Below are positions 52,842 through 62,700 of a DNA stretch of 64,000 bases, piece by piece (position 1 is the stretch's first letter; every line of letters starts with the position of its first letter). The notes below the pieces were generated by a model. The model did no database searches. It was not told where the DNA came from and was given only the letters and a program-made list of their open reading frames with translations. A program made the translations under genes and the position numbers. Source of the stretch: Parcubacteria group bacterium Gr01-1014_31 (GTDB lineage: Bacteria; Patescibacteriota; Patescibacteriia; Buchananbacterales; GWA2-38-13); NCBI GenBank assembly GCA_007376135.1, contig VMFR01000007.1, forward strand, positions 24,287 to 88,286. The letters are read 5' to 3'.

Positions 52842-53075
52842 CTAGGGCTTGCAGTGGGTGCAGGCGTAGCGGTCCCCTTGGGGGGTATCCGTTTTGGCCG
52901 CCGGCCGACCGCAAAGGGCGCACTTCACCGCGGGGCACCCGTGGCAGGTGACGATCTTGTGGCCAAAGAGCGCGACTGCGCCATTCATGCACAGCGTGCT
53001 TTTGCCGCACGTCGGGCAAGTGTCGCCGCCATTGAGGCGGACGGACGGGAAGGTGGAACCAGCCCATCCAGGCAT
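52842..53075 (-). CDS. 77-aa putative zinc-binding protein with four CxxC motifs
   Basis: CPTC, CHGC, CALC, CTHC; GGAGGT SD 6 nt before the ATG; lies between the T-box terminator and its own terminator. Confidence 0.7.
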   Translation of the reverse strand: MPGWAGSTFPSVRLNGGDTCPTCGKSTLCMNGAVALFGHKIVTCHGCPAVKCALCGRPAAKTDTPQGDRYACTHCKP

Positions 53076-53121
53076 CAGCGTAACCTCCAAAAAGAGCTCC
53101 CAAAGAGCAGTAGTAAGGCAA

Positions 53122-53445
53122 CAAAAAACTTCCCGTCCTCTGCCGACAAAAAATGCCGGAAGGGGACGGGAAGCTAGGCTTACCGCGGTACCACCCCATT
53201 GCACCCCCGAAGGGGTCTTACTGGCGCTGTCCGCCGACACTCACCCTCGTACAGAGAGATCGGCGCGATACCAGTTTGCCTATGGTTACGGAGGCTTGCC
53301 GGACTCCCACCTGTGCCGCCATCTTGGCGGTGCAAGCAGGAGCCACCGTGTCCCGCTCTTTCCGCGAAAGGGCGAGGCTGCGTCTGGCCCAACCCTCCGA
53401 CGTACGTCGGAGGACCAGCGCATCGGTGTTGCAGTTTTTAAGGTG
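53122..53445 (-). promoter_or_regulatory. T-box riboswitch (transcriptional)
   Basis: AATGGGGTGGTACCGCG T-box (+ strand 53184-53200), CGTCCC antiterminator partner, and overlapping terminator CTTCCCGTCC...GGACGGGAAG-TTTTTT. Confidence 0.85.
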
Positions 53446-53453
53446 TGAAACCA

Positions 53454-53482
53454 ATACTACTGAAGCTTCCATAAGATGTCAA
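53454..53482 (-). promoter_or_regulatory. Sigma70 promoter driving the T-box leader
   Basis: TTGACA-17 bp-TAGTAT. Confidence 0.75.
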
Positions 53483-53585
53483 GAGCTTTTTTAGGGTAAA
53501 ATTATTTCCTGTGAATAACTGGTTTTTTTGTTTCAGTTGAGGCTAAAATTGTGGTGTGAAAATGGCAAATACTGGCCTTTTTCCA

Positions 53586-53614
53586 TTGACTGTTTTCCAT
53601 AATTGCGATATAAT
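53586..53614 (+). promoter_or_regulatory. Sigma70 promoter of the MerR-WxL gene
   Basis: TTGACT-17 bp-TATAAT. Confidence 0.75.
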
Positions 53615-53825
53615 ACCTATAGGCAATATATTCGCATCTTTGACAGGGGAATAGGCAAAAATAAAAACCAAATGAGCCGCGTCTGTTGCGCAGGTTTGCG
53701 CCCAGAAAGATTCGGCGAAGTTTCGTACGGTATTACGGCTTCATTTGGTGAAAGCCGTTTTATTGTGCCTGGCGCTCCCTTTCCACGAAGTAACTATCAT
53801 TATCAAAAAAATAAAAACAAAAAAT

Positions 53826-54641
53826 ATGGATAAGCAGCAGTTCCGGGTTCGCGACCTGACCAAAGCGGTTGACCGCGACAAAACCACCCTGCTGCGGTGG
53901 GAAAAGTTAGGCCTGATCCCGGCCGCCAAACGCGACAGCCGCGGCTGGCGTTACTACACGGCGGATGATTTTACCAGCATCGTACAGCGGGTAAGGGAAT
54001 CCAATTTTTTCCGCCGCGGCGCGGTGCTGCCGATTTTGGCGCTGGTCGCGTCCAGTTTCATGACTGTGGGCCTGCTGAAGTTCACGCGCTACGCGTACGG
54101 CAACGCCGACCTAAACATGAACTTGAACATCGCCGCCGGGACGCTCAGTGTGACGGCATCCACCACGGTGGAAACGTTCGGCACGGTCACCTACAGTTTC
54201 TCCAGTCAGACGACGACTTCCGCCAACGTGGAATCGGTGCGGGTGCAGGATGCCCGCGGCGGCGCCGGGAACTGGACCTTTAACGTCAGCTGCGCCGACA
54301 ACGCTGCGGGGTGTTACTGGTCCGGGTCGACGGAAAAGGACCGGTTCCAGCTGGATTCCGACATGACGTCGTTCGATCCGGCGTCCACCTCGGGCAAACT
54401 GTGCATCAATATGACGGCTGGCGGCGGGTACCGGTGCCTGTCCAACGGCGGCGACGCCTGCACGGAAGTGACCTTGACGACCGCCTACCGCTGCTACAGT
54501 GCGAGCACGGACATTACCGCAGCGACGGGTGCGAGCGCGAATGGCGACTACTATTTGGCAGAATGGGACTGGGACCAGGGTATCCCTGGCCGAGCGTCAG
54601 CATCCGTGTACACGACCATCATCACCTACGACTTGCAATAA
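53826..54641 (+). CDS. MerR-type HTH + TM/signal segment + WxL-like secreted domain fusion
   Basis: FRVRDLTKAVDRDKTTLLRWEKLGLIPAAKRDSRGWRYYT (MerR HTH); hydrophobic helix ending AYG; VQDARGGAGNWTF and terminal YTTIITYDLQ (WxL-like). Confidence 0.78.
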   Translation: MDKQQFRVRDLTKAVDRDKTTLLRWEKLGLIPAAKRDSRGWRYYTADDFTSIVQRVRESNFFRRGAVLPILALVASSFMTVGLLKFTRYAYGNADLNMNLNIAAGTLSVTASTTVETFGTVTYSFSSQTTTSANVESVRVQDARGGAGNWTFNVSCADNAAGCYWSGSTEKDRFQLDSDMTSFDPASTSGKLCINMTAGGGYRCLSNGGDACTEVTLTTAYRCYSASTDITAATGASANGDYYLAEWDWDQGIPGRASASVYTTIITYDLQ

Positions 54642-54656
54642 TTAGCCTGATTGAGG

Positions 54657-54694
54657 CAAAAAAGAACACCGCCGAACGGCGGTGTTCTTTTTTT
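54657..54694. terminator. Intrinsic terminator after the MerR-WxL gene
   Basis: AAAAAAGAACACCGCC-GAAC-GGCGGTGTTCTTTTTT. Confidence 0.85.
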
Positions 54695-54783
54695 GTGAGG
54701 GAAAACTATCCCCACCGTTTTTGTTTCCCGCCGGATGGTTTTTTTTGGTATACTGAAGGCGTAGTTTTTTAGTTTTTTTGGCT

Positions 54784-56586
54784 ATGCTTTCATCCGCCGG
54801 CCGAAGCGCTCGCCGCACTGTTGGTGGGGTTTTATTTTTTGCCTTGACGGCATGGACGCTGGCGGCGGTGGTCCCGGCCCTGGCGCTCAGTCTCGGCGGG
54901 GTCGGCATCCGGCCGGCGCGGCCAAAGCCGCCGGATGTCGGGTGGTTTATCTATCAGCTCAAGCCCGGTGAAAGCACGACGGACGCGGTGCTCGTTTCCA
55001 ACGAAACGGCTGTTGAGCAGATGCTGCAATTGGCCGCGGTGGACTATGAGCCGACCGACATCGGCGCGTTCGGCCTGAAGGGTTCGACGGATCCGCAAAC
55101 GGACATCGGTAAATGGGTGCAGTTGTCCACGACGACGTTCAGTTTGCCGCCAGGGAAGGTCCGCGAGGTGGATTTTACGCTGACCATCCCGCTTGATGCG
55201 GATGTCGGCGAGCACGCGGGGGCAATCGTGGTGCAGCCGACGGCCGTCGCGCGGTCGTCCCAGGTATCGGGCGCGTACATCACCACGCGCGTCGGAGCGC
55301 GCATCTACAACACGGTGCCCGGTGAGCTGGTGCGCAAGATCAAGCTGCTGGGGTTTCTGATGCATGAGGATAAAAAGACGCAGCACTACGAATTCGTGGT
55401 CCAGGGGAAGAATGAAGGGAATGTGTCGGTATCGCCCCGACTGCGGCTGCATTTGAACGGTTGGGGGCTGGTCAAGGTGCCGCCCGTGGGCGATGCAGAG
55501 CTCGCGGATTTTCCCGGGTTTGCGCTGTTCGGATTCCAGCGTTTTCTGCCGAAGGAGCTGTCCAATAACTGGCAGCTGGCGCGGGGAGCGACCGTGGAGA
55601 CGTATTTCCGTTGGCGCAAGCCGTGGTTAGGCAGGTTTTCCGCCTACTTGACGTTGGAGTACGAGCGCAAGACTGGAGAACCGGAGGTTATCCGCAGCGA
55701 AACGTTCAAATTCATGGTGCTGCCATGGCCGGCAACTGGGTATTTCCTCGGGGCGATGGCGCTCCTTCTCGCGCTCATTACCGTTTGGATCGTCTGGCGC
55801 CGCATTAAGTTCTCCGGCCGTGGATGGCAGAAGTACACGGTCAAAGCCGGCGATACGCTGACGGTCGTGGCCGCGCGCTGCCGCTTGTCCTGGAAGCATC
55901 TGGCCAAGGTGAATAAGTTGAAGAAACCGTACGTCATTTCCGCCGGGGACAGTATTCTGGTGCCGCCGGGGACAAAGCTCGCAACGGAAAAGCCGGGCGA
56001 GAAGCCGGCCGGCAAAGAGGATAGCCCGGCGATGGCAGAAAAAATACCGGCGGTGAAGCGTCCACGGGTTCCCCGCTGGGTAACGCTGACGGCCATCGGG
56101 GTCGTGAGCGCGTTCCTGGTTGCGCTTGCCGGGTTCCTGCTGTTCCGCTCGATGGTGCAGCCGCCGGAAGGGAACCCTCCGCTGACGCCGACTCCGCAAG
56201 AATCACCGAAGGAAAATCTGCCCCCGGCGCAGCCTGCGACCAGCACGCCGTCCGTACCCGCGGCGGCGACCACCACCCCCGCGGTCGGGGCACTGGCCAA
56301 GGATGCGATGATCGTTTCCGTGCTCAATGGCAGCGGCATCGCGGGGCTGGCTGGTGCCGTCGTTGATGAGCTGCGTGCGGCCGGCTACCGCGAGTTGTCC
56401 GCGGGTAATGCCGACGCGTTCAGCTATGAGGGGGCGACCATCCGCTACCGTCCGGGATTACGGGGGGCAGCCGAGGACGTCCAGACCGTGCTGCGGGTGC
56501 GGTACGAGAAATTCACGCTGGAGGAGAAGGCCATGACGACGACCACGGATGTAGTCATCATTCTCGGAAAACCGGTCACACCGTAA
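54784..56586 (+). CDS. DUF916/DUF3324-like WxL-interacting protein with TM, LysM, second TM and LytR_C domain
   Basis: WFIYQLKPGESTTDAVLVSN, IGKWV, GEHAGAIV, RVGARIY, NEGNV; LysM YTVKAGDTL..; LytR_C VSVLNGSGIAGLAG...DVVIILG. Confidence 0.78.
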   Translation: MLSSAGRSARRTVGGVLFFALTAWTLAAVVPALALSLGGVGIRPARPKPPDVGWFIYQLKPGESTTDAVLVSNETAVEQMLQLAAVDYEPTDIGAFGLKGSTDPQTDIGKWVQLSTTTFSLPPGKVREVDFTLTIPLDADVGEHAGAIVVQPTAVARSSQVSGAYITTRVGARIYNTVPGELVRKIKLLGFLMHEDKKTQHYEFVVQGKNEGNVSVSPRLRLHLNGWGLVKVPPVGDAELADFPGFALFGFQRFLPKELSNNWQLARGATVETYFRWRKPWLGRFSAYLTLEYERKTGEPEVIRSETFKFMVLPWPATGYFLGAMALLLALITVWIVWRRIKFSGRGWQKYTVKAGDTLTVVAARCRLSWKHLAKVNKLKKPYVISAGDSILVPPGTKLATEKPGEKPAGKEDSPAMAEKIPAVKRPRVPRWVTLTAIGVVSAFLVALAGFLLFRSMVQPPEGNPPLTPTPQESPKENLPPAQPATSTPSVPAAATTTPAVGALAKDAMIVSVLNGSGIAGLAGAVVDELRAAGYRELSAGNADAFSYEGATIRYRPGLRGAAEDVQTVLRVRYEKFTLEEKAMTTTTDVVIILGKPVTP

Positions 56587-56707
56587 TTCGCCAGCCGCCC
56601 ATGGCGCACGGGGTTGGCATGACGATCGGCGCACCGCGACTCGCCGGCTGCCGTTACCGCCTCTAACTTTGCCGGCTGTTTCCCGTTGCGGTTCCCTTTT
56701 TGACCCC

Positions 56708-59700
56708 ATGCATCGGCGCTATCGAACTTTGCTGCTTGGAGTTCTGGGCATCCTCGCCTTGAGCGCGGCGGCGCGGTTTTCCGATTCTCGCCCGCACGCC
56801 ACCCAAGGCGCGGAGGAGCGTGAAGTGGCGACCAGCTACCGGGCCTACCGCGGCAAACTCGTTGCCGCGCAGAACGTTATGCGCGAGCATCCTCGGGCGC
56901 AGGAGGCGGTGTTTCGGGTCGCCAATCGCAATGACGCGGAGGCGCGCGGATTGTTGAACGTGAAAAAGTTCGACCTGGGCGCCGCCCAGAAGCGGTATCT
57001 CTTTTTCCCCGGACACATCAACTACGTTGATGAGCAAGGAACGGTGGTCGAGGCCGATCCGACGTTCATTGTTCGGCCGGACGGCGCCTACGCTATGACC
57101 AAGGCCGGCTATCAGGTTTTAGCACCGCAGTTTGCCGACGGCGTGCTGGAATTCACCGTGGATGGCGCCACAGTGACGTTCCGGGCGCTGGGTCTTGGCA
57201 CCAGCACGCCCGCGACCGTGCCCCACGTGCAGGGCATCCCGCAGGAAAATCGCGTCATTTACCCCGACGCGTTCGGGGTGGGTATTGACTACGTCATCCA
57301 GGCTGAATCTGACGAGCTGAGAAAATTGGTGGTGTTCCGTACGCCGCCGGTGCAGGATTTCGACCTGCGGGTGGAATTTGCAACGTCGCTTGGCGACAGC
57401 GGCACCATTCGCGGCCGCAACACCAAGTTCGGCGCAACCTTCTTCCGCCAGCCGACCATCTGGGACAGCGCGGGTAAACAGCTGCCCATCACCGTGGAGC
57501 TGTCCGGCGGCAAAATGACCAAGGTGCTGCCCGCATCGTTCTTCGCGGCGTCGCCGGAATTCCCGCTCCAGTACCCGGTGATGACCGACGTGACCACCAG
57601 CTACTACGCGGGCGCGGGCGATGGCTACGTCTACTATTCGCTGGAGTTCGAGAGCAACTGGGATACGGCGCACCACGATATCGGTACGAACGCGACGGCC
57701 AACTACACCGGCACCACCGGCCAGATTGCTTCACAGGCCGATTCGGGCGGGTATAAGCCGATGCGCGCCTTTTTTCCCATTGACACCTCCGGTATAGCCA
57801 ACTCGGACGAGATCACCGCCGTCCGGCTGAAGTTGTACGCCACCGCCAAAACGAACAGCGATAACGACGGCAACGACTACATCAACGTCGTGCAAACGAC
57901 CCAGGCGGACACCGCTTCATTGGTCGCCGCCGATTTTGACACCTGCGGTTCGATCCACAGCCCGACGACCGGCGCTACATCGGTGGATATCGGCAATATC
58001 ACGACTACCGCCTATAATACGCTGACGCTCAACTCCACGGGTCAGGGCTGGATCAGCAAGACCGGTACGACGCAGCTGGGCGCGCGCGAGGGGCATGATC
58101 TGGCTGATGACATTCCCGGCAGTACCAACAGCGTGACCTTTAGCACCTCGGAAGAGACCGGCACGAGCCAGGACCCGGTTTTGGAGGTGGACACCACGGC
58201 CGCGACCATCACTTCGGTGTCGCGGAAGAACGACGACGGCCGCGAGGTGTTTGCTACCAGCACCGAGAACATCGATGTTTCCACCATCTTTGTCGGCGAG
58301 ACGGCCGGCAACACCACCATCGAGTACGTCATTTTCATGGACCTGGACGGCGACAACGCGCCGGATACCAACGAGACGTACGTGACCAACAACTGCGCCG
58401 GTTCTGCCGCCTGGAGCACGAACAACTACACCCACCAGACTGCCAATTTCACCATTGCCGATGGGTCCAGCCCCAAGACCGATACGTGGACCTGCAGCAC
58501 CACCAGTTTTCCCGAGGAGAACGGCGTCTACAAGGTCTACGTCAAGTGGTACGACGGCGCCGGCACCATCTCGTCTACCGGCACGCCCAGTTTCCAGTTC
58601 TGCGACCAGCCGACCGGCGAGGGCAGCTGGTGGGATTCCAGCTGGGAGAACAGGACGCTGATTTCCTTCCGCTCCTCCACCTTCAGCGAAGCGCTCGTCA
58701 ATTTTCCGGTGCTGGTGAAAGCGACCTCCACGAATTTCGGGTTTGACGACCCCGACTCCTCGGCGGAAGACGTGCGGTTCACCGACGAGGATGCCAGTAC
58801 CTTGCTGAACTTCGAGCGTGAGTACTACGATGCGACCACGACCAAGGAAGCTTACTTCTGGGTGCAGGTGCCAAAGATCGCGACCTCCACGGACTGCGAT
58901 TACGTCTTCATGTACTACGACAAGGCAGGTGCAACGGATGCCGCCAGCACCACCGCCACCTGGCGGCAGGACTACTATGAAGCCGTCTGGCACTTCGGGG
59001 AGTATGCGACGACCAGTGCAACCACCTACAGTTTTCAGGACGGAGTTTTGCCGGATGCCAGCTACAACGCCACCGAAGACCTGAACCTGGAATCGGGCAC
59101 GCCGACCACCAACCAGAATGCCGACACGACCATCCAGGTGGATGTGCTGTCCTGCGCCGGCGGGGCCGGGGACTGCCACGCGCTGCTGCAGTGGGATATC
59201 AGCAGCATCCCAGCATCCTGCACGGTGTCCAGCGGCAGCATCAACATCAACGTGTCCAACCTATCGGCCGACCGCTACGGCATCTATGGCGTACGGCGCA
59301 ACTGGGGGGAAACCACCGCAACGTGGAACACCTACGACGGCAGCAACAATTGGACGACCGCTGGCGCCATTGATACCACCAACGACCGTTTCGCCACTGA
59401 CTTAATGAATAGCAATGCTGATGGCGGCTGGGGGAGCGGCAGCACCGGTTCCATTACCCACGCTTTTGACTCCGACGGCGTTTCCTTCCTCAACGATCTC
59501 ATTGACGGAGTGACCACCAACAACGGTTTTGTCATCATGGACCACGATTCGACCGACGATGACGGCTACGCGTGGGCCTACGAGGGTAACGCGACGGCCA
59601 CCAACCGCCCCAAGCTGACGGTGGTCTGCGGCGGCGGGACCGAGCCCGTCTACCTGGACTCCACCTCCAACAACCACGATGAGACGAACAGCAGCATCGC

Positions 59701-62700
59701 TTCCCGCCGGGAAAAGGCGCAGAGCAAGTTCGGCTACTCGCCGAAATTCGACGGCTCCACTTCGGTGCTCGGCATCCCCGATTCCAACGGCTTTGACATC
59801 ACCAGCTACACCCTGACGGGGTGGTTCCGTCGGGACGGCACCGGCGACCCAGTCACCATGTCCTTGAGCCAAACCATGGAACCGATCATTGCTAAGGGCT
59901 ACGCCGAGGCCGACACGCAGGCCGCCGACATCCAGTATTCGGCCGGGTTCAACCGCTCCGGCCAGTCGACGCTTGCCGGAAACTGGGAAGACGACCGCCA
60001 TGCGGCAGGCAACGACTGGTCCACCCTTGGCGGTACCACCATTGCCAACAGCGTCTGGCGGCATTTCGCGACGCGCCTGAAGGATAAGGCGATCTTCAAC
60101 CTATACCTGGACGGCTTTGCCAATAACACCACGACCTACCCCATTAACCAGGGCGCCAGCACCGGTGGCACGATGAAGCTGGGCATCGGGACGGCCTACA
60201 ACACCGGCGGCACCTCGGACGGAAAATGGAACGGGTACTTGGATGAACTGCGGGTGTACAAGGTGGCGGTCGCGACCTCAACGGCGTCCAACGAATCGGA
60301 ATGGCTGCGCGCTGAGTGGTACACGGCCGACAATGGCATGGTCGAGTGGGGCACCGAAGCGACAACCACTGCGTCGGTTTCCATTTCGTCGGCGGCCAAC
60401 CAAACGTTCGTGGTAAACCAGTCGACCACGGCCATTTCCACCATCAGCATCACCGAGGGGACGTCCCCCTCAATCACCGACGCCAACAACATCCGCATCC
60501 GCATCCCTTCCACCTTCAACATGGTGTTCTATACATCCGACACGGCCGCTAATATCGGCGGCAGCGATTGGGCGAAAACCGGAGCGATATCGCAAGGAGG
60601 TGAGGTGGCGGTGGCCTATGAGGACAGCAATAAAACCGTCGTGGTGCCGGTCACGTCCAATTTTTCCGCGCAGGACGATATTACCGTCTATGGCTTGTCG
60701 TTCACCAGCTTCACGGCGGTGTCCGGCTCCGACAATTTGGAGCTGGAAGTGGATAACGGAGGCACCATCGCCGATACCGATGACAAGACCATCGAGATCG
60801 TCGCGCCCACACTCTCGTCGTACGCCAGCCAGACGTTCACCGTCAGCCAGGCGATGACCACCAGCTCGCCGATGACCATCACTGACGCCTCCTCGGCCAC
60901 CATCACCAACACCAGCAACATCCGCATTAGGATCCCGACGGGGTTCAATATGGTGTGGGACACCGCTGATACCATCATCAAGGTGGCCCCAACCCTGGCC
61001 GACTACACCAGCTTCTACAGCACCAACGACCTGCCAACCGTGACCATTGACGTTTCCGACGTTACCTATAACACCACGACCGATACCCTTTTTATTGTTA
61101 TCAATGGCACGCCGACCATTTATGAGTACACGTTAGGCGGCAGCCTTAGCCGGACCATCAACATGAACGGGTTCATTGATACCGAAGGTATTGACTGGAT
61201 GTACGGCAACCAGTACGTGCTGACCGAGGAGCGTTCCCCCTACGATGTCATCGTCGTTACGCTGGATAGCTCGACGACCACCTTGGCCAAGAGTGAGGGG
61301 ACCGTGATCGACGTCGGCTTCACCTGTACCACGAACCTGTGCCTGGAGGGCATCCGCTATGACGTGGCGAACGACTGGTTCTACGCTGTTACGGAAAAGC
61401 AGGCCGGCGGCGGCAACGGCGGCCGTGTCTTTCGGATCAACAACGACGCGACGTACACCGAGTTCACGGACCTGGGAACGGCGCTCAGCAATGCGGGCTA
61501 CACGGACTTGGCGTCGCTGGCCTACGACGAGGTGACCAAGGACCTGTTCCTGCTGTCGCAGGAGAACAGCATCATCATCCAGGCGACCACCACCGGGACC
61601 ATCCGGGGCACGCGCGCCGTGGATACCGGTATCTTTACCCAGCCGGAGGGGCTGGAATTTTCCTCGAACTACGACTCGATGTTCATCGTCGGCGAGCCCG
61701 ACGACTACCAGCGGTTGACGCGCGCCAGCAAGATCAACAACACCGCCACGTTCGAGGACTCCAGCAAGACCCTGGTTTTGGATGTTACCAGCGACTTCAC
61801 TGCGAGCGAGACCCGGACCATCGGCTTCGTGTCGTTCAAGAGTTTCACCGCATCCTCTGCCGCGGACAACCTGGAATTGGAGGTAACCAACGACGCCAAT
61901 ATCCAGGACTACGACGACAAAACCATTACCATTACCGGCGGGGCATCGCTGGCGGTGACGGCCTCCACCACGGTGCTGGCGTTCCCGGTAACTTCGTACA
62001 ATTTTTCGTCCCAAACCACGACCGCGACGAACGCCGCGCAGGGGTCGGCCTACATCACCGGCGGCAGCGGTACGTGGACGCTGAACCTGAACTGCAACGC
62101 CAGCGGCCAGGGCTGCTACTGGTACGGGCCCGGGACGCGCAGCTACTCATTCCAGGACGGCGTGTCGCCAACTGCGGGCTACGCGGGTACTGAGGACGTC
62201 AATATCAAGGCTGACGGCGCCAGCACGAACTACAACGGCGATACGGTCAACTGCGTGGACTACAACGGCGACGGCTGCCAGACGCCGGCCACGGGCATCC
62301 ATCGCGTGCTGATGCAGTGGGATATCAGCTCGATCAGCACGGATTGCACGGTTTCCGGCGCCAGCGTTACGGTCAATAACGAGATCACCAACGGCGATTC
62401 TATACACCGTTTCGGCGTCTACGCCTTGCGGCGCAACTGGGGCGAGGGTACGGTCACCTGGAATACCTATGACGGCAGCAACAACTGGTCAACGGCGGGC
62501 GCCGGAGATACTTCCAACGATCGCTACAGTACCGATCTGATGGACGGCAACAGCGACGGCGGCTGGGGCCGCGCTGTCCAGGGCACCCTGACCTTTGATT
62601 TTGACAGCGACGGCGTGGCGCAAGTGCAACAGTGGATCGATGGCACCGTGGTCAATAACGGCATCATTGTTCAGGACAACGATGTCGGCGATACGAATGC

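Noticed and set aside
51760-53199. 479-aa N-terminally extended TrpS as given in the ORF track
   Set aside because: TrpS homology begins at Met 52746; the extension crosses the T-box terminator, another ORF and a terminator.
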